This document shows, piece by piece, positions 1 to 10,259 of a DNA stretch of 64,000 bases. A program made the translations under genes and the position numbers. Under the pieces are notes generated by a model that saw only the letters and a program-made list of their open reading frames with translations, did not search any database and was not told where the DNA came from. How positions within the stretch are numbered: position 1 is the first letter of the stretch; every line of letters begins with the position of its first letter. Origin of the DNA: an uncultured Chloroflexia bacterium (GTDB lineage: Bacteria > Chloroflexota > Anaerolineae > Anaerolineales > UBA4823); NCBI GenBank assembly GCA_963753725.1, contig CAVWDI010000012.1, forward strand, positions 56,320 to 120,319, read 5' to 3'.

Positions 1-24
1 TCTTTTAGTCGCTAATATGGTCAT
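1..24 (-). CDS. 5' end of a further ABC-transporter permease gene (partial, runs off the window)
   Basis: ATG at 24-22 lies 2 nt after the stop (27-29) of the DppB-like permease and opens MTILATKR to the window edge. The position after SBP + permease fits a DppC/OppC-type second permease, but only 8 codons are visible. Confidence 0.3.
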
Positions 25-26
25 AT

Positions 27-1043
27 TTAATACCTGATCCTGGGATCTAAAAACCCATATAGAATGTCAACAAATAGACTGGTAGCTGCCACTAAAAGTG
101 CAAAAAACAGGATTACACCTTGCACGGTGGCAAAGTCGCGGTCGTAAATCCGGTCGACCACCAGGCGACCCATACCAGGCCACGAAAATGTAGTCTCAGT
201 AAGAATGGCGCCAGCTAATAAAAGAGCGAATTGTAATCCCAGCAAAGTAACGATAGGAATAAATGCATTTCGCAGGCCGTGTCTGTATACTAATACACGC
301 TCACGGATACCACGCGCCCGACCTGCAGTAATGAAATCCTGCTGCAAGACGTCAAGCATATTGGCGCGTGTCAATCGTGTGAATACGCCCGCCAATACAA
401 ATCCCAGCGTTATGCATGGAAGGATCAAGTGGATTAATGCATCTTTTAGCAACACCCAATCTCTCATGAGCACCGCATCAACTGTATATAAGCCGGTGAT
501 TGTTACTTCTGGGGTCATACCGGGGCTCAAACGCCCAGAAACAGGCAGCCAGCCTAACTGGGCTCCAAAAAACATTTGCAGCATTAATCCAAGCCAAAAG
601 ATCGGCATGGCATATAAAATGATACTCGCTACACGGATCGAATAGTCCGCGGTGCTTTTCCGGTGTTGGGCGGCGTAGGCTCCAGAGAACGTACCCACAA
701 TCGCAACAATCATTATTGAATAGATGGCTAATTCAACCGTTGCAGGAAAGAACGTTTTTATTTCATCAACCACAGGCACAGGACGAACCATGGAATCTCC
801 CAGGTCGCCTGTAAAGACTCCGGTAAGGAATTCAATATATTGTAAATGCAGCGGCTTGTCTAATCCCAGGGTAGCGCGAAATGCATCTAGTTGTTCTTCC
901 GAGGCGCCTTCGCGCATAATGGCTACCGCAGGATCACCTGGAATAACTCTGAGGATAAAAAATACAAAGGTTACCAGAATAATAACCATTGGAACTGTAA
1001 GCAGTATTCGAACAACAATATAACGGCGTAAATTCGCTGACAT
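27..1043 (-). CDS. ABC peptide/nickel-type transporter permease (DppB/OppB family)
   Basis: 338-aa ORF. N-terminus MSANLRRYIVVRILLTVPMVIILVTFVFFILRVIPGDP is typical of DppB/OppB permeases. Multiple hydrophobic segments, GAGG Shine-Dalgarno upstream of ATG 1043, same strand and directly downstream of the binding-protein gene. Confidence 0.9.
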   Translation of the reverse strand: MSANLRRYIVVRILLTVPMVIILVTFVFFILRVIPGDPAVAIMREGASEEQLDAFRATLGLDKPLHLQYIEFLTGVFTGDLGDSMVRPVPVVDEIKTFFPATVELAIYSIMIVAIVGTFSGAYAAQHRKSTADYSIRVASIILYAMPIFWLGLMLQMFFGAQLGWLPVSGRLSPGMTPEVTITGLYTVDAVLMRDWVLLKDALIHLILPCITLGFVLAGVFTRLTRANMLDVLQQDFITAGRARGIRERVLVYRHGLRNAFIPIVTLLGLQFALLLAGAILTETTFSWPGMGRLVVDRIYDRDFATVQGVILFFALLVAATSLFVDILYGFLDPRIRY

Positions 1044-1204
1044 GTTTACCTCGTTATCGATAAACTTAGATCAGGATTGGTGTGAAACACGAAGGGGTAA
1101 AAAATCATGAGGCGAGGAGCCTCGAGTTCAACTCCTCGCCCCAAAAAGATAGTATACCTACTTAGTTTTACAAAAAGAATGTAGATATCTTCTTCCGACT
1201 GTTA

Positions 1205-3312
1205 CTATTTCTCGATTAAGAAGTAGTGCAGCAGGGCAATTGGATCGAGCACAACACCGGAAACGCCATCCTGGTAGCCGACAAACAGCTTACCTTGTGC
1301 AATCGGAACGAATGGACTCTCGGGAACCCAGTAGTCCTGGATCTCTTCCAATATGCTGATACGTTTTGCTTCGTCCAACTCTCCAGCCTGCGCTTCTAGC
1401 AGCGCATCCATCTCGGGGTTGTTGTAATTCGAGCCCGACCATGATGCTGGCGAATGTGCGAAAACATTGGTGTAGTTATCCGGATCGAGGTAATCTGGAT
1501 ACCAACCCAAGAGCGAGAACGGCAGTTCGCCTGCTCGACCGGCGTCGCGGTAGGCGGCCCATTCCAGGAATTGCAGGTTAGCTTCGATTACACCGCTTGC
1601 TTCGAGCTGTTGTTTCAAGACTGCCGCAACATCGGGCTCTGTATCGCCATAGTGAGTTGGGCTGTACCACAGGTCCAAAACCAGAGGATTGTCCTCGGTA
1701 AATCCAGCTTCGGCTAATAGAGCCTTACCTTCCTCAACGTTTTCAGTTCCTTCGTAGGTGGGCTTAAATCCCAGAGAATCCAGGAGGCACCATTGAATAC
1801 AAGGGCAGCTTGATCCCTTGCCAACCCAGGTCAGTTAATTCCTCACGGTTGATCAATTGGGCCACACCAAGACGCACGTTAGGATTATCAAACGGTGGTG
1901 TGGTTGCGTTATAAACAATATAACGAATCTCTGTACCGCCGGCTGTTTCGATTGTTATCCCTTCTGTTCCGGACAAGGCATCCAGATCAGCGGGGGCAGA
2001 GACTCTTCCAGGCGACATCAACCTCTTCATTCTGTAAGGCTAATGCCAATGTTGGAGAATCTGCGAAGTAACGAACGATGACTTTCGCCGATTTGGGCGC
2101 TTCACCATAGTAGGTTGGATTGGCTTCGAAGATAGCTTCCTCACCTTCGGTGAATGATGTCAATACGTAAGGTCCGATTCCGCAGGCCGTGTTGGTCGTA
2201 TCGGCTTCGGTGGCTGACCATTGAGCGGGATTGAGTATCTTCCACGGATTGGTAGCAATCAATTGAGGACCAAACGGATATGTATCATTGAAATTGACTA
2301 CAACTGTCAAATCGTCAACTTTTTCGACGCTGTCCACATAGGCGGAATACAGGAAACCGGCGTTTTCACCTGCAGCCTCGTTGATCGGGATAATCCGTTC
2401 CAGTGAGAACACAACCGCATCGGCATTCAAAGGTGATCCGTCAGGGAAGGTTACGCCTTCGCGCAGTTTGAAGGTGTATGATTTTCCATCTTCACTTACT
2501 TCATAGCTTTCTGCGAGCGCGAATTCAACCTCACCAGCTGTTCCGGGAGTGATATTGAGCAAACCGTCGGCGCACTGGTGGAATAACTCCCAGTCATGGA
2601 AGCTGTATACCCAGGCTGATTCGAAGCTCGACCAGCTGTCGGTTGTACCGATAACCAGTTGGTCTGCCATAGCCTCTTCAGAAGGGGGTAAAAGGACAGA
2701 GTCGATGACATGTATGACACCATTGGTGCCTTCGATGTCAGTAGCGACAACCATTGATTCATTGACCATCACATTTTCACCATCAAGAGAAACTGCAACT
2801 GTGGCTCCTGATAAAGTCTCAACTTCCTGACCGTCAAGACCGACTACATCAGCTGCCATTACTTTACCGTCCACTACATGGTAAAGTAATACATTGGTCA
2901 AAGCCTCTTTATCGGCTAATAAACCATCAAGCGCACCCTCGGGGAGTGCAGCAAATGCGTCATTGGTGGGAGCGAATACTGTGAAGGGACCATCACCCTG
3001 TAGCGTTTCGACCAATCCAGCTTCGGTCAAAGCGGTAACCAATGTAGAGAAGTCCGCATTACCAACGGCTATATCAACGATAGTTTCGCCTTCTTCCATG
3101 GGCTCTTCAGCTGCCGGTTCTTCAGCAGGTTCTTCGGCTGCCGGTACTTCAACAGTCTCTTCTGCAGCTGGTTCTTCTTCCATAGGTTCTTCTGCAGCCG
3201 GCTCCTCAGCGGGGGCTTCGGTTGGCGCAGGTGTCGGTTGTGCACAAGCGCCCAATATCATGCTGAGCACTATAACGGTCACGCTGAGGACAAAAAATAG
3301 TTTTCTATTCAT
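1205..3312 (-). CDS. Lipoprotein: fasciclin (FAS1) domain fused to ABC family-5 solute-binding protein (frame interrupted twice, likely homopolymer indel artefacts)
   Basis: ORF fragments 1987-3312, 1764-2030 and 1205-1678 read through as one protein. It has a signal peptide with lipobox LSMILGAC, an acidic P/A/E-rich linker, a FAS1 motif block ([11 protein letters not shown] ... [12 protein letters not shown]), then an SBP_bac_5-like sequence to the end. Junctions reconstructed at the G5 run 1992-1996 and the C3 run 1770-1772. AAGGAGG RBS before ATG 3312. Confidence 0.8.
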
Positions 3313-3618
3313 TCTTACTCCTCCTTTAGAAGTAATTTTTGGTTTTTGAAAATATTTTATCTGAATGTTTACGTGGAATATCTATTGAGATTTCACCTCC
3401 TTTCATCAAACACACAATTTCTCAACTTAAACATCCCTCAATTATATGTATTGGCGGTAATATGTCAACCAATTATCAATTTATTTTGGAATGTTGTTAT
3501 GAGTTCGAACGCATAAACAAAATGGAGGAAGATTATCCAAAATTTGGATACACCTGCCACTTTATTAAATTAAAGCCTACATAGTATAATCTAAAACTGA
3601 AATAATGGAGGTGTAAAT

Positions 3619-3861
3619 ATGGCGGAAAAAAATTGGGAGCCGATCAAGATCAGCTTCTGCCACCATTTAGGCCAGGAGGTCGCTTTAGAGGCCGAATTAA
3701 TCTACCCTGCAGAATTCCTCCCGGATCAGAATCCGCGCGTCACTGCCCACCGCTGCTCTCGTGCAGTTGACTGTAATTTAGACGGAAAGCCCAGCTGTAT
3801 CTGGGCAGGCACTAATCCCGCATTTGATCCATTTAGCGAACTTCAAGAAAAAAGCAAATAA
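3619..3861 (+). CDS. Small Cys/His-rich hypothetical protein (80 aa)
   Basis: ATG 3619 preceded by GGAGGTG at good spacing. The product contains CHH ... HRCSRAVDCNLDGKPSC. Followed by a strong hairpin terminator. No family recognised. Confidence 0.55.
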   Translation: MAEKNWEPIKISFCHHLGQEVALEAELIYPAEFLPDQNPRVTAHRCSRAVDCNLDGKPSCIWAGTNPAFDPFSELQEKSK

Positions 3862-3924
3862 CGTATTTGATTATTAATCTACAAACGATTTTTACAAAAT
3901 CTTGTTAATAAGTAACTAGCCAGT

Positions 3925-3976
3925 AAATAAAATACCCGGCACATATGGATTTACGTATGTGCCGGGTATTTGTTTA
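3925..3976. terminator. Bidirectional intrinsic terminator between convergent genes
   Basis: Perfect 15-bp stem AATACCCGGCACATA (3931-3945) / TATGTGCCGGGTATT (3956-3970) with a 10-nt loop, A-rich 5' flank and TGTTT 3' flank. It sits between the stops at 3861 (+) and 3995 (-). Confidence 0.6.
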
Positions 3977-3994
3977 ATGAAAAAAAAGGATTAT

Positions 3995-6190
3995 TTATTC
4001 CATTAATTCAGATTCACTATAGATGTCAAATCCCTTTATCCTGGTAATTGCGCCTACAGCAGCGTTTGAAACGATCACCGGAGGCGGATAATTTGCGAGC
4101 AAGACCGAAAAATCCGGATTATCTTCCGCGGCAGACAATATCTCGGGATCCGCTTCCAGGGCGGCTTGTATACTGCCCTCCTGGAGCGCCTGGAAACGCA
4201 CCTGTGCATCGGGGATCACTTTCCAAACGATCTGATTGATTTGAGGAGGACCGTACCAGTAGGTTTCATTGGTAGTGAGCGTGATCTGGTCATCTAGCAA
4301 CCATTCGCTGAATTTGAATGGTCCTGTACCGACACAACCTGCCTCATTTCCACCGTATCCATCTTCAAAAGTATCTAATGCGGTTGGACTTGAAATGGAG
4401 AATGCTTCCAATGCCAGAATATCCAGGAAGTCACCATTCGGCTTTTCGAGGGTGAATTTAACGGTGAGATCATCGATTTTACTTTCAGTCTTGATTTGGC
4501 TTAACTCATCGAAACCACCCCAACTCTCTTGATAAGCATCAAAGGATCGATCCTGAAAATGTTGTGGGTGGTTTGAGGACCGCCAGCGTTCAAAATTAAA
4601 AACAACCGCATCGGCATTAAAAGGGGTGCCATCATGGAATTGCACGTTTCCCCGAAGGCTGCAGGTCCATTCTGTTTGGGTTTCGTCTGCCGTACAGCCA
4701 GTTGCTAAAGCGGGCTGTGGGGTGGTATCGCCAGGTTGGAGGGTATACAGTCCTTCTAAACATAATACGCTGACACGAATACTTTCCTGGTCGCTGGCAA
4801 CCGCGGGGTCTAGCCAAATTGAGTCAGAACCACGACCGATAGTCAGCGAAGTTATGGGGCTTTCTTCGACGATAAATTCAAGAACCGGTTCAGTATCATC
4901 ACTTTGTGGGATTTCTTCAATCTCAACTTCTTCAAATGAGGCAAAAGCAGTGCTTACCAGTAAGTAGTTAACGCCTTGATTGATTAAGATAAAGAAAGCC
5001 ACCGAGAACAAGCACAGGGTTATCATCCCAAATCCCAAAAAAGCCAGCCTTGGACGACCTTTGCTGAGATCTCCATTTAAGGCTGTATCCAGATTGTCCA
5101 GGGATTCTGGTTCCGGGTTATCCTTTTGATCGGCGTCATTTTCCGCAGTCATACTTAAATTATCTTCTGGGATAATCTCCTGCTCGAAAGGTATATTGAA
5201 CTTGATTTTAAGCTGCCGGGCGGCTGACTTGCCTTCAATCCCAAGCATATTCAAGGCTGCTAAACTCCGCTCGACTTCGTCCCATCTGTTTGCTGCAGCC
5301 AGTGCGCCCGCTTCCCCCATTAACCACTCAACTTGATTTGAATGGTTACCTGTTGGACTGCTGCTTCCTTTTTGAAGTCTCTCAAGTAATTCAAAGCCGT
5401 CCCATGGTCTTTGACTGGGATCATTTGATACCATTTGAGCAACCAGATCGTCGAGACAATGTGGAAGATCAACTCGCAAGGAAGCCGCATGGGTACCAGG
5501 AGACTGTTGGCTGTATTTACTTCCAGTTAAGAGTTCAAACAGCACACATCCGGCTGCATAGATATCGATACTTGGTCTTGGGTACCGTAGTTCCCCATTT
5601 TTTCGCTCTGGAGGTTGGTAGTCCAATGATTCTGGGGTGAATTCCTGAAATGAGTTGTTGATAATTCCCTCATAACGTAGTTTTGAGGTAAGAGCAGTTC
5701 CTATCCCGCTGATTTTTAGGTCACCTTTCACAGTGATGAACGTGTTTGAAGGGGTCAGGTTCAAGTGTAAGATGCCGTGATTGTGGAGGTCCTTTAATCC
5801 AGCTGCGATCTGGATTCCAATTTGACGAGCTTCCTGCGCTGAAAGTTGTTTGCCGCTTGCACGTGTGGCAGCCATCTGGTCCGCCAGACAAAATCCAGGG
5901 ATGTATTCTGTAAAAATGTATAAGTCCTCAGTGGATAGGATTGATCTATAAACTTGAAGTAAATGAGGGGAATCCAGGCTTGCGGACAGGTTAATCTCTC
6001 GCTGCAATTGGTCCTGGAGCGTTCTGGCCGCGTCGATGTTTTGACGGAATTTTTCTATGTTCAACGTGGTAATGGAAACTTTTCGACGCTGTCTGAGGTC
6101 AAAAGCCCGGAAAGTCGACCCATTTTTGCCATTCTCGATTAAACCATCGATCCTGAATTCATCGAAAAGGATTTCACCAGTCCTGAGCAT
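3995..6190 (-). CDS. Membrane-anchored Hanks-type pseudokinase fused to a truncated family-5 solute-binding ectodomain
   Basis: Kinase-fold motifs are present (REINLSA, DIYAAGCVLFELLTG, DPSQRP) but catalytic residues are replaced: VAIK->VSIT, HRDLKPxN->HLNLTPSN, DFG->SGIG. One TM helix (LAFLGFGMITLCLFSVAFFILI). The C-terminal ~270 aa resemble the N-terminal part of SBP_bac_5. I prefer ATG 6190 (AAGGGA RBS) over the TTG at 6250 used by the ORF track. Confidence 0.8.
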   Translation of the reverse strand: MLRTGEILFDEFRIDGLIENGKNGSTFRAFDLRQRRKVSITTLNIEKFRQNIDAARTLQDQLQREINLSASLDSPHLLQVYRSILSTEDLYIFTEYIPGFCLADQMAATRASGKQLSAQEARQIGIQIAAGLKDLHNHGILHLNLTPSNTFITVKGDLKISGIGTALTSKLRYEGIINNSFQEFTPESLDYQPPERKNGELRYPRPSIDIYAAGCVLFELLTGSKYSQQSPGTHAASLRVDLPHCLDDLVAQMVSNDPSQRPWDGFELLERLQKGSSSPTGNHSNQVEWLMGEAGALAAANRWDEVERSLAALNMLGIEGKSAARQLKIKFNIPFEQEIIPEDNLSMTAENDADQKDNPEPESLDNLDTALNGDLSKGRPRLAFLGFGMITLCLFSVAFFILINQGVNYLLVSTAFASFEEVEIEEIPQSDDTEPVLEFIVEESPITSLTIGRGSDSIWLDPAVASDQESIRVSVLCLEGLYTLQPGDTTPQPALATGCTADETQTEWTCSLRGNVQFHDGTPFNADAVVFNFERWRSSNHPQHFQDRSFDAYQESWGGFDELSQIKTESKIDDLTVKFTLEKPNGDFLDILALEAFSISSPTALDTFEDGYGGNEAGCVGTGPFKFSEWLLDDQITLTTNETYWYGPPQINQIVWKVIPDAQVRFQALQEGSIQAALEADPEILSAAEDNPDFSVLLANYPPPVIVSNAAVGAITRIKGFDIYSESELME

Positions 6191-6312
6191 CTTATTTCTT
6201 CCCTTGATCTTTATTACGAATATCCGGTTAATAGGAAATATTACACTCAATTAAGGTGCAAAAAAGGTGCCAATATTCTAAGGAGAAAAGTTTGTGGGTT
6301 GCGAAGTGATAT

Positions 6313-7497
6313 TTAAGAGATTACACCGAGCTCGCTTCCAACTTTTTTAAACGTCGCCAATCCTTGATCCAGGTCTTCAATTGTGTGCGATGCCGATATC
6401 ATCACCCTGATGCGAGCCTTGCCTTTGGGGACCGTTGGAAAGCCAAGCGCCATGGCGAAGACACCATTTTCGAAAAGGTCCCGGCTGAACTGCTGCGCTA
6501 AAGGCGCCTCTCCCAGCATTACCGGTATGATCGGTGTAACAAAATCGCCGGTATTAAACCCTAAAACCTTCATCTGTTCTTTGAAGTAATCGGTGTTGTT
6601 CCAGAGTCTGTCGACCAGTTCAGTCAACTCTTCCAGCAAATCCACTGCCGTAATACACGCAGCGATATCAGGGATGGTCATTGCTGAGGAGAACAGGAAT
6701 GGGCGACTGCGCTGGCGCAGCCATTCCACAACCAGTGGGTTCCCGGCTACTACACCACCCACAACACCGAACGCTTTTGAAAGGGTGCCGACCTCAATAT
6801 CTACCTTGCCGTGCAGGTTGTAGTGGTCGACGATCCCGCGCCCGCCACGACCCAGAACGCCTTCGCCGTGCGCATCGTCAACCATAAGAATAGCATCGTG
6901 CGCTTTTGTGACTTCATATATTTTATCAAGCGGGGCGATATCGCCATCCATGCTGAACACGCCATCGGTTATCACCATGGCACGCGGGAAATTTGAGCGC
7001 TGTTCCTCCAGGGCTCGTTCAAGATCGTTTGGATCGCAATGGGCAAAGCGAATGATTTTTGCCCTGGACAATCGGCAGCCGTCAATAATGCTGGCATGGT
7101 TCAATTCGTCCGAGAAGATCACATCATTTTTACCTACCAGCGCCGGGATTGTCCCCACGTTGGCGTTGAAACCGGATTGGAAGGAAATGGTTGACTGCAC
7201 ATTTTTGAAACCCGCCATCCGCTCTTCAAACTGCAGGTGTAAGTCCGTTGTACCGGCAATTGTTCGGACTGCAGCAGGGCCCACACCATATTCACCGGCT
7301 GCATCCTGGGCGGCTTTTACCAGGCGAGGGTGGTTAGCGAGTCCCAGGTAATTGTTTGAACAAAAATTTAATCTGCGTTCCCCGTCGACTACCAACCAGG
7401 CTCCCTGGGGAGAGCTCAATGTGCGGATGCGGTTATACAATCCGCCCTCTTTTAAATTTTGAATTTCATCTTCGATCCATTTCAATTTTTGAGCCAT
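6313..7497 (-). CDS. kbl: Glycine C-acetyltransferase (2-amino-3-ketobutyrate CoA ligase)
   Basis: 394 aa, colinear with E. coli Kbl along its length ([45 protein letters not shown]-lysine motif, [23 protein letters not shown]). Confidence 0.9.
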   Translation of the reverse strand: MAQKLKWIEDEIQNLKEGGLYNRIRTLSSPQGAWLVVDGERRLNFCSNNYLGLANHPRLVKAAQDAAGEYGVGPAAVRTIAGTTDLHLQFEERMAGFKNVQSTISFQSGFNANVGTIPALVGKNDVIFSDELNHASIIDGCRLSRAKIIRFAHCDPNDLERALEEQRSNFPRAMVITDGVFSMDGDIAPLDKIYEVTKAHDAILMVDDAHGEGVLGRGGRGIVDHYNLHGKVDIEVGTLSKAFGVVGGVVAGNPLVVEWLRQRSRPFLFSSAMTIPDIAACITAVDLLEELTELVDRLWNNTDYFKEQMKVLGFNTGDFVTPIIPVMLGEAPLAQQFSRDLFENGVFAMALGFPTVPKGKARIRVMISASHTIEDLDQGLATFKKVGSELGVIS

Positions 7498-7526
7498 GTA
7501 TAACTCCTGTAACTGATCTAAAAAAT

Positions 7527-8519
7527 TTATTTTTCTGATTTCGATTTGCGTCCCATTCCTATTAGGCGACCAAAAATGCTTGAAGGCGTCGGGTATTCAA
7601 CTTTTGGGATGCCGTCCATGCTCAACCAATCGCTGGTCTGGCGTTCATTCCACCATTGTTGGTGTCCTTTGCGGGCTGCATCAAGCCGGGCCTCGAGAGA
7701 AGCACGATCATTGTTTTCGATATCTGTGATGTATGATCTTATTGACGCAATTGTCCCTTCCAGGACACGGATTGTATTTTCTGGATTTGATAAGGCTGCC
7801 TGACTGAGCGAGCCAGCGTCATCCAGGTATCCTGTCAATTTTGTGGATTTAGCAAAGGCTCTTCCAGCAATCTTGCGCCCATCTCGCCAGCCGGGGTTGT
7901 TAACCGTAGAATTTACCAGAGCTGCCGCCAGAAGCTGTGGCAGGGTATGCGTTGAAGCCATAAGTCCGTCAATTTCAATTGGGTCGACAAACAGCGGATT
8001 TGCGCCTATAAGTTTTGTCAAATCGCTGGCTAGCTGCAGCGCATCTGGATGGGTGCTCGCCGGGGCGGTTATCGCCATCAGCCCGTTCTGAAACAGGTCC
8101 GCATGGGCTGCTTCCTGGCCGGTTGTTTCTTCGTCAAGGTAAACCGGGTTGATCACTGGAATAAGCCCGACATAAAAGCGTTTTGCGGGAAGCAGTTCCT
8201 GAATCCATTCGAATGCCGCCTGTTTTATGGGAGCAGTGTCCAGTACTACACACCCTTCCGACAGGTAAGGAGCGATCAATTCCAGTGTTTCGAAAACCTG
8301 GTCTGAGGGAAGAGAAAGCAAGACAACTTTTGATTTCTCTACGGCGGAGGGAATATTGACTGCAACGCGATCTATTGCGCCGATTTTCTCCGCTTGACGG
8401 GCAATGGCGATATCGAGGTCATGACCGACTCTTTTCATTTCATCTTTATGATCAGAGAGCGCTAAACCGATGGAGGCGCCTATCTGTCCCAGTCCGATAA
8501 TTGTTACTTGAGTTGACAT
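7527..8519 (-). CDS. Prephenate/arogenate dehydrogenase family protein
   Basis: 330 aa. N-terminal Rossmann motif [17 protein letters not shown] and overall TyrA-like layout. Substrate specificity not determinable by eye. Confidence 0.75.
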   Translation of the reverse strand: MSTQVTIIGLGQIGASIGLALSDHKDEMKRVGHDLDIAIARQAEKIGAIDRVAVNIPSAVEKSKVVLLSLPSDQVFETLELIAPYLSEGCVVLDTAPIKQAAFEWIQELLPAKRFYVGLIPVINPVYLDEETTGQEAAHADLFQNGLMAITAPASTHPDALQLASDLTKLIGANPLFVDPIEIDGLMASTHTLPQLLAAALVNSTVNNPGWRDGRKIAGRAFAKSTKLTGYLDDAGSLSQAALSNPENTIRVLEGTIASIRSYITDIENNDRASLEARLDAARKGHQQWWNERQTSDWLSMDGIPKVEYPTPSSIFGRLIGMGRKSKSEK

Positions 8520-8528
8520 AGTTTCACC

Positions 8529-9086
8529 TTAATTATTATTATCAAATTGTTGTAATAGGGCTAGTAGTTGATCTTCTGTTTGCGTGGATGGGTTCGTATT
8601 TTTATGATTATTTGAGGGTGCTTTGTCTTCGGCAGGTATTTGCTCTTGATGACGATTAATCAGATCAACCGTAAGTTGGGACGCTCCAGCATCGGCAGCC
8701 ATCTGGGCTCCCCATTCAGCATGTTTCTGCGAAACAACAAAGGGACGCTTCCAACTTTCGGGTTCTGCCGCTCCCCAGGATTCGATCAATGATGAGGCAA
8801 GCCCCTTTCCAAGGACAATGGCTATTTTATCCCAAAAATGAATGGGGTATCGGTTTTTTCCAACATCATGTAACAGGGCTGCTGCAAGCAAATCAGGTTG
8901 TTTGGCGCCATTCTCAAGCAGTTGGCGGTATACAGCAATGCTGTGCGATTGCTCGCTGGGGTGTAAACCTTTAAAGAGAGAAAATTGGGAAGGCGATAAA
9001 AACTTTTCTACTTCTTCCAGGTCAGATTTCTCCGGTTTTGCTGTTAGAGCGCTCCAGGTCTGACGAATCCGGTAAAACGCGCGCAT
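8529..9086 (-). CDS. HD-domain phosphohydrolase
   Basis: 185 aa with H...LLHDVGK metal-binding HD signature. Start abuts the stop of the upstream M50 protease gene (9086/9087). Confidence 0.8.
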   Translation of the reverse strand: MRAFYRIRQTWSALTAKPEKSDLEEVEKFLSPSQFSLFKGLHPSEQSHSIAVYRQLLENGAKQPDLLAAALLHDVGKNRYPIHFWDKIAIVLGKGLASSLIESWGAAEPESWKRPFVVSQKHAEWGAQMAADAGASQLTVDLINRHQEQIPAEDKAPSNNHKNTNPSTQTEDQLLALLQQFDNNN

Positions 9087-9743
9087 TTAAAATCCAATCA
9101 GCAATGCTCTAAGCGTACTTACGGCGGGACCGAGAACCAATCCGAAAAAATTCAGCCCAATGTACGGCCCAGCAATGATCAGTAAGATCAATATCATCGG
9201 TCCATATGGGCGGATCATATCCATCGTGGAGCGAAAGCGGTATGGAACGAGATGATAGAGGATTTTTTCCCCATCCAGAGGCGCCAAGGGGATGAGGTTA
9301 AAAACCATCAATACCAGGTTAATGGTTACGAATTCAAATACTACTAAAGCAAAACTGGGAAGGTACCCGGATGAGGGCGCGAAAAGACTCGCTAAATCAA
9401 CCATTCCAAAACGGAATGGAAGCGCTGAAAGCAAAGCCAGTAATAAATTTGACATTGGACCAGCCAGAGCTACCCACATGAAAGCATATCGAGAACGTCG
9501 TTCCAAAGCATAAGGATTTACAGGGACGGGTTTTGCCCAACCAAAACCGGAAAAGAGTAAGACGATAGAACCCATTGGATCGAGGTGCGCCAAAGGGTTG
9601 AGCGTAAGGCGACCATTAAGGCGTGGTGTGTCGTCACCAAATTGATTCGCTGTCCATGCGTGGGCAAATTCATGGATGGTAAAAGCGACGACAAGCACAA
9701 TAATGCGCGCAATTAAGGTGGATGCTTCTAAATTGAATAACAT
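9087..9743 (-). CDS. Site-2 protease family (peptidase M50) membrane metalloprotease
   Basis: 218 aa, polytopic. HEFAHAW (HExxH) in the first TM region and the LDG motif (LAPLDGEK) typical of M50. Confidence 0.85.
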   Translation of the reverse strand: MLFNLEASTLIARIIVLVVAFTIHEFAHAWTANQFGDDTPRLNGRLTLNPLAHLDPMGSIVLLFSGFGWAKPVPVNPYALERRSRYAFMWVALAGPMSNLLLALLSALPFRFGMVDLASLFAPSSGYLPSFALVVFEFVTINLVLMVFNLIPLAPLDGEKILYHLVPYRFRSTMDMIRPYGPMILILLIIAGPYIGLNFFGLVLGPAVSTLRALLIGF

Positions 9744-9803
9744 AAGGAATATTTTGAAGCGTAATTATATCATTTGAGTTGAAAGAATTTTGCAAATGAT
9801 ATA

Positions 9804-10016
9804 ATGGCGCGCATGCTGCCAGAATTGCAAGTGAACGACGTTGTCCGGCTGCGAAAATCCCACCCTTGCGGAAGTTTCGAGTGGAAGGTATTTCGCCTGG
9901 GTGCGGATATCGGACTGGAATGCATGCAATGCGGCCGGCGGGTTTTACTGCCGCGCCGGAAGGTGGCGCGCCGCATAAAGGAAATTTTGCCAGGCGATGA
10001 ATTGTTGAAATCTTGA
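9804..10016 (+). CDS. DUF951 family small protein
   Basis: 70 aa. LRKSHPCGSFEWKVFRLGADIGLECMQCGRRVLLPRRKVARRIK matches the conserved HPCG ... C..C core of DUF951 proteins. The antisense ORF 9770-10066 is rejected. Confidence 0.8.
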   Translation: MARMLPELQVNDVVRLRKSHPCGSFEWKVFRLGADIGLECMQCGRRVLLPRRKVARRIKEILPGDELLKS

Positions 10017-10259
10017 CTGTAAGGGGTGGTTTGTAAATTATCCAATTGCATAATTGGACGACACATTTGCCGGTTCCGCAGGATTTAAGGGGAATAGAAC
10101 CTTATCTTTTTCGTATCTTAACCATAAAATGCGGGATTAAATGGTATACAAGGATGTGAAAATTTATTATCCTGTTGCGGTAATTAGAAACCCTGAAATT
10201 TTAATTGATATGTATACAATTAAGTATTGCATGCAACCCTAACTAAGGTGATTTGTTTA

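Noticed and set aside
3060-3240. Short tandem repeats (GCTGCCGGTTCTTCAGC-like units) that could be mistaken for a repeat array.
   Set aside because: They are in frame inside the SBP lipoprotein gene and encode an (EEPAA)n-type acidic linker. There is no spacer/repeat organisation, so this is not a CRISPR.
3339-3584. 81-aa ORF in the AT-rich divergent intergenic region.
   Set aside because: There is no RBS, and the composition is AT-driven (Ile/Phe/Asn/Lys/Cys-rich). The region more plausibly holds the divergent promoters of the SBP operon and the 80-aa gene.
6191-6250. TTG start at 6250 for the pseudokinase gene.
   Set aside because: There is no RBS, and the first 20 residues are not kinase-like. 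ATG 6190 has an AAGGGA RBS. Kept only as an alternative.
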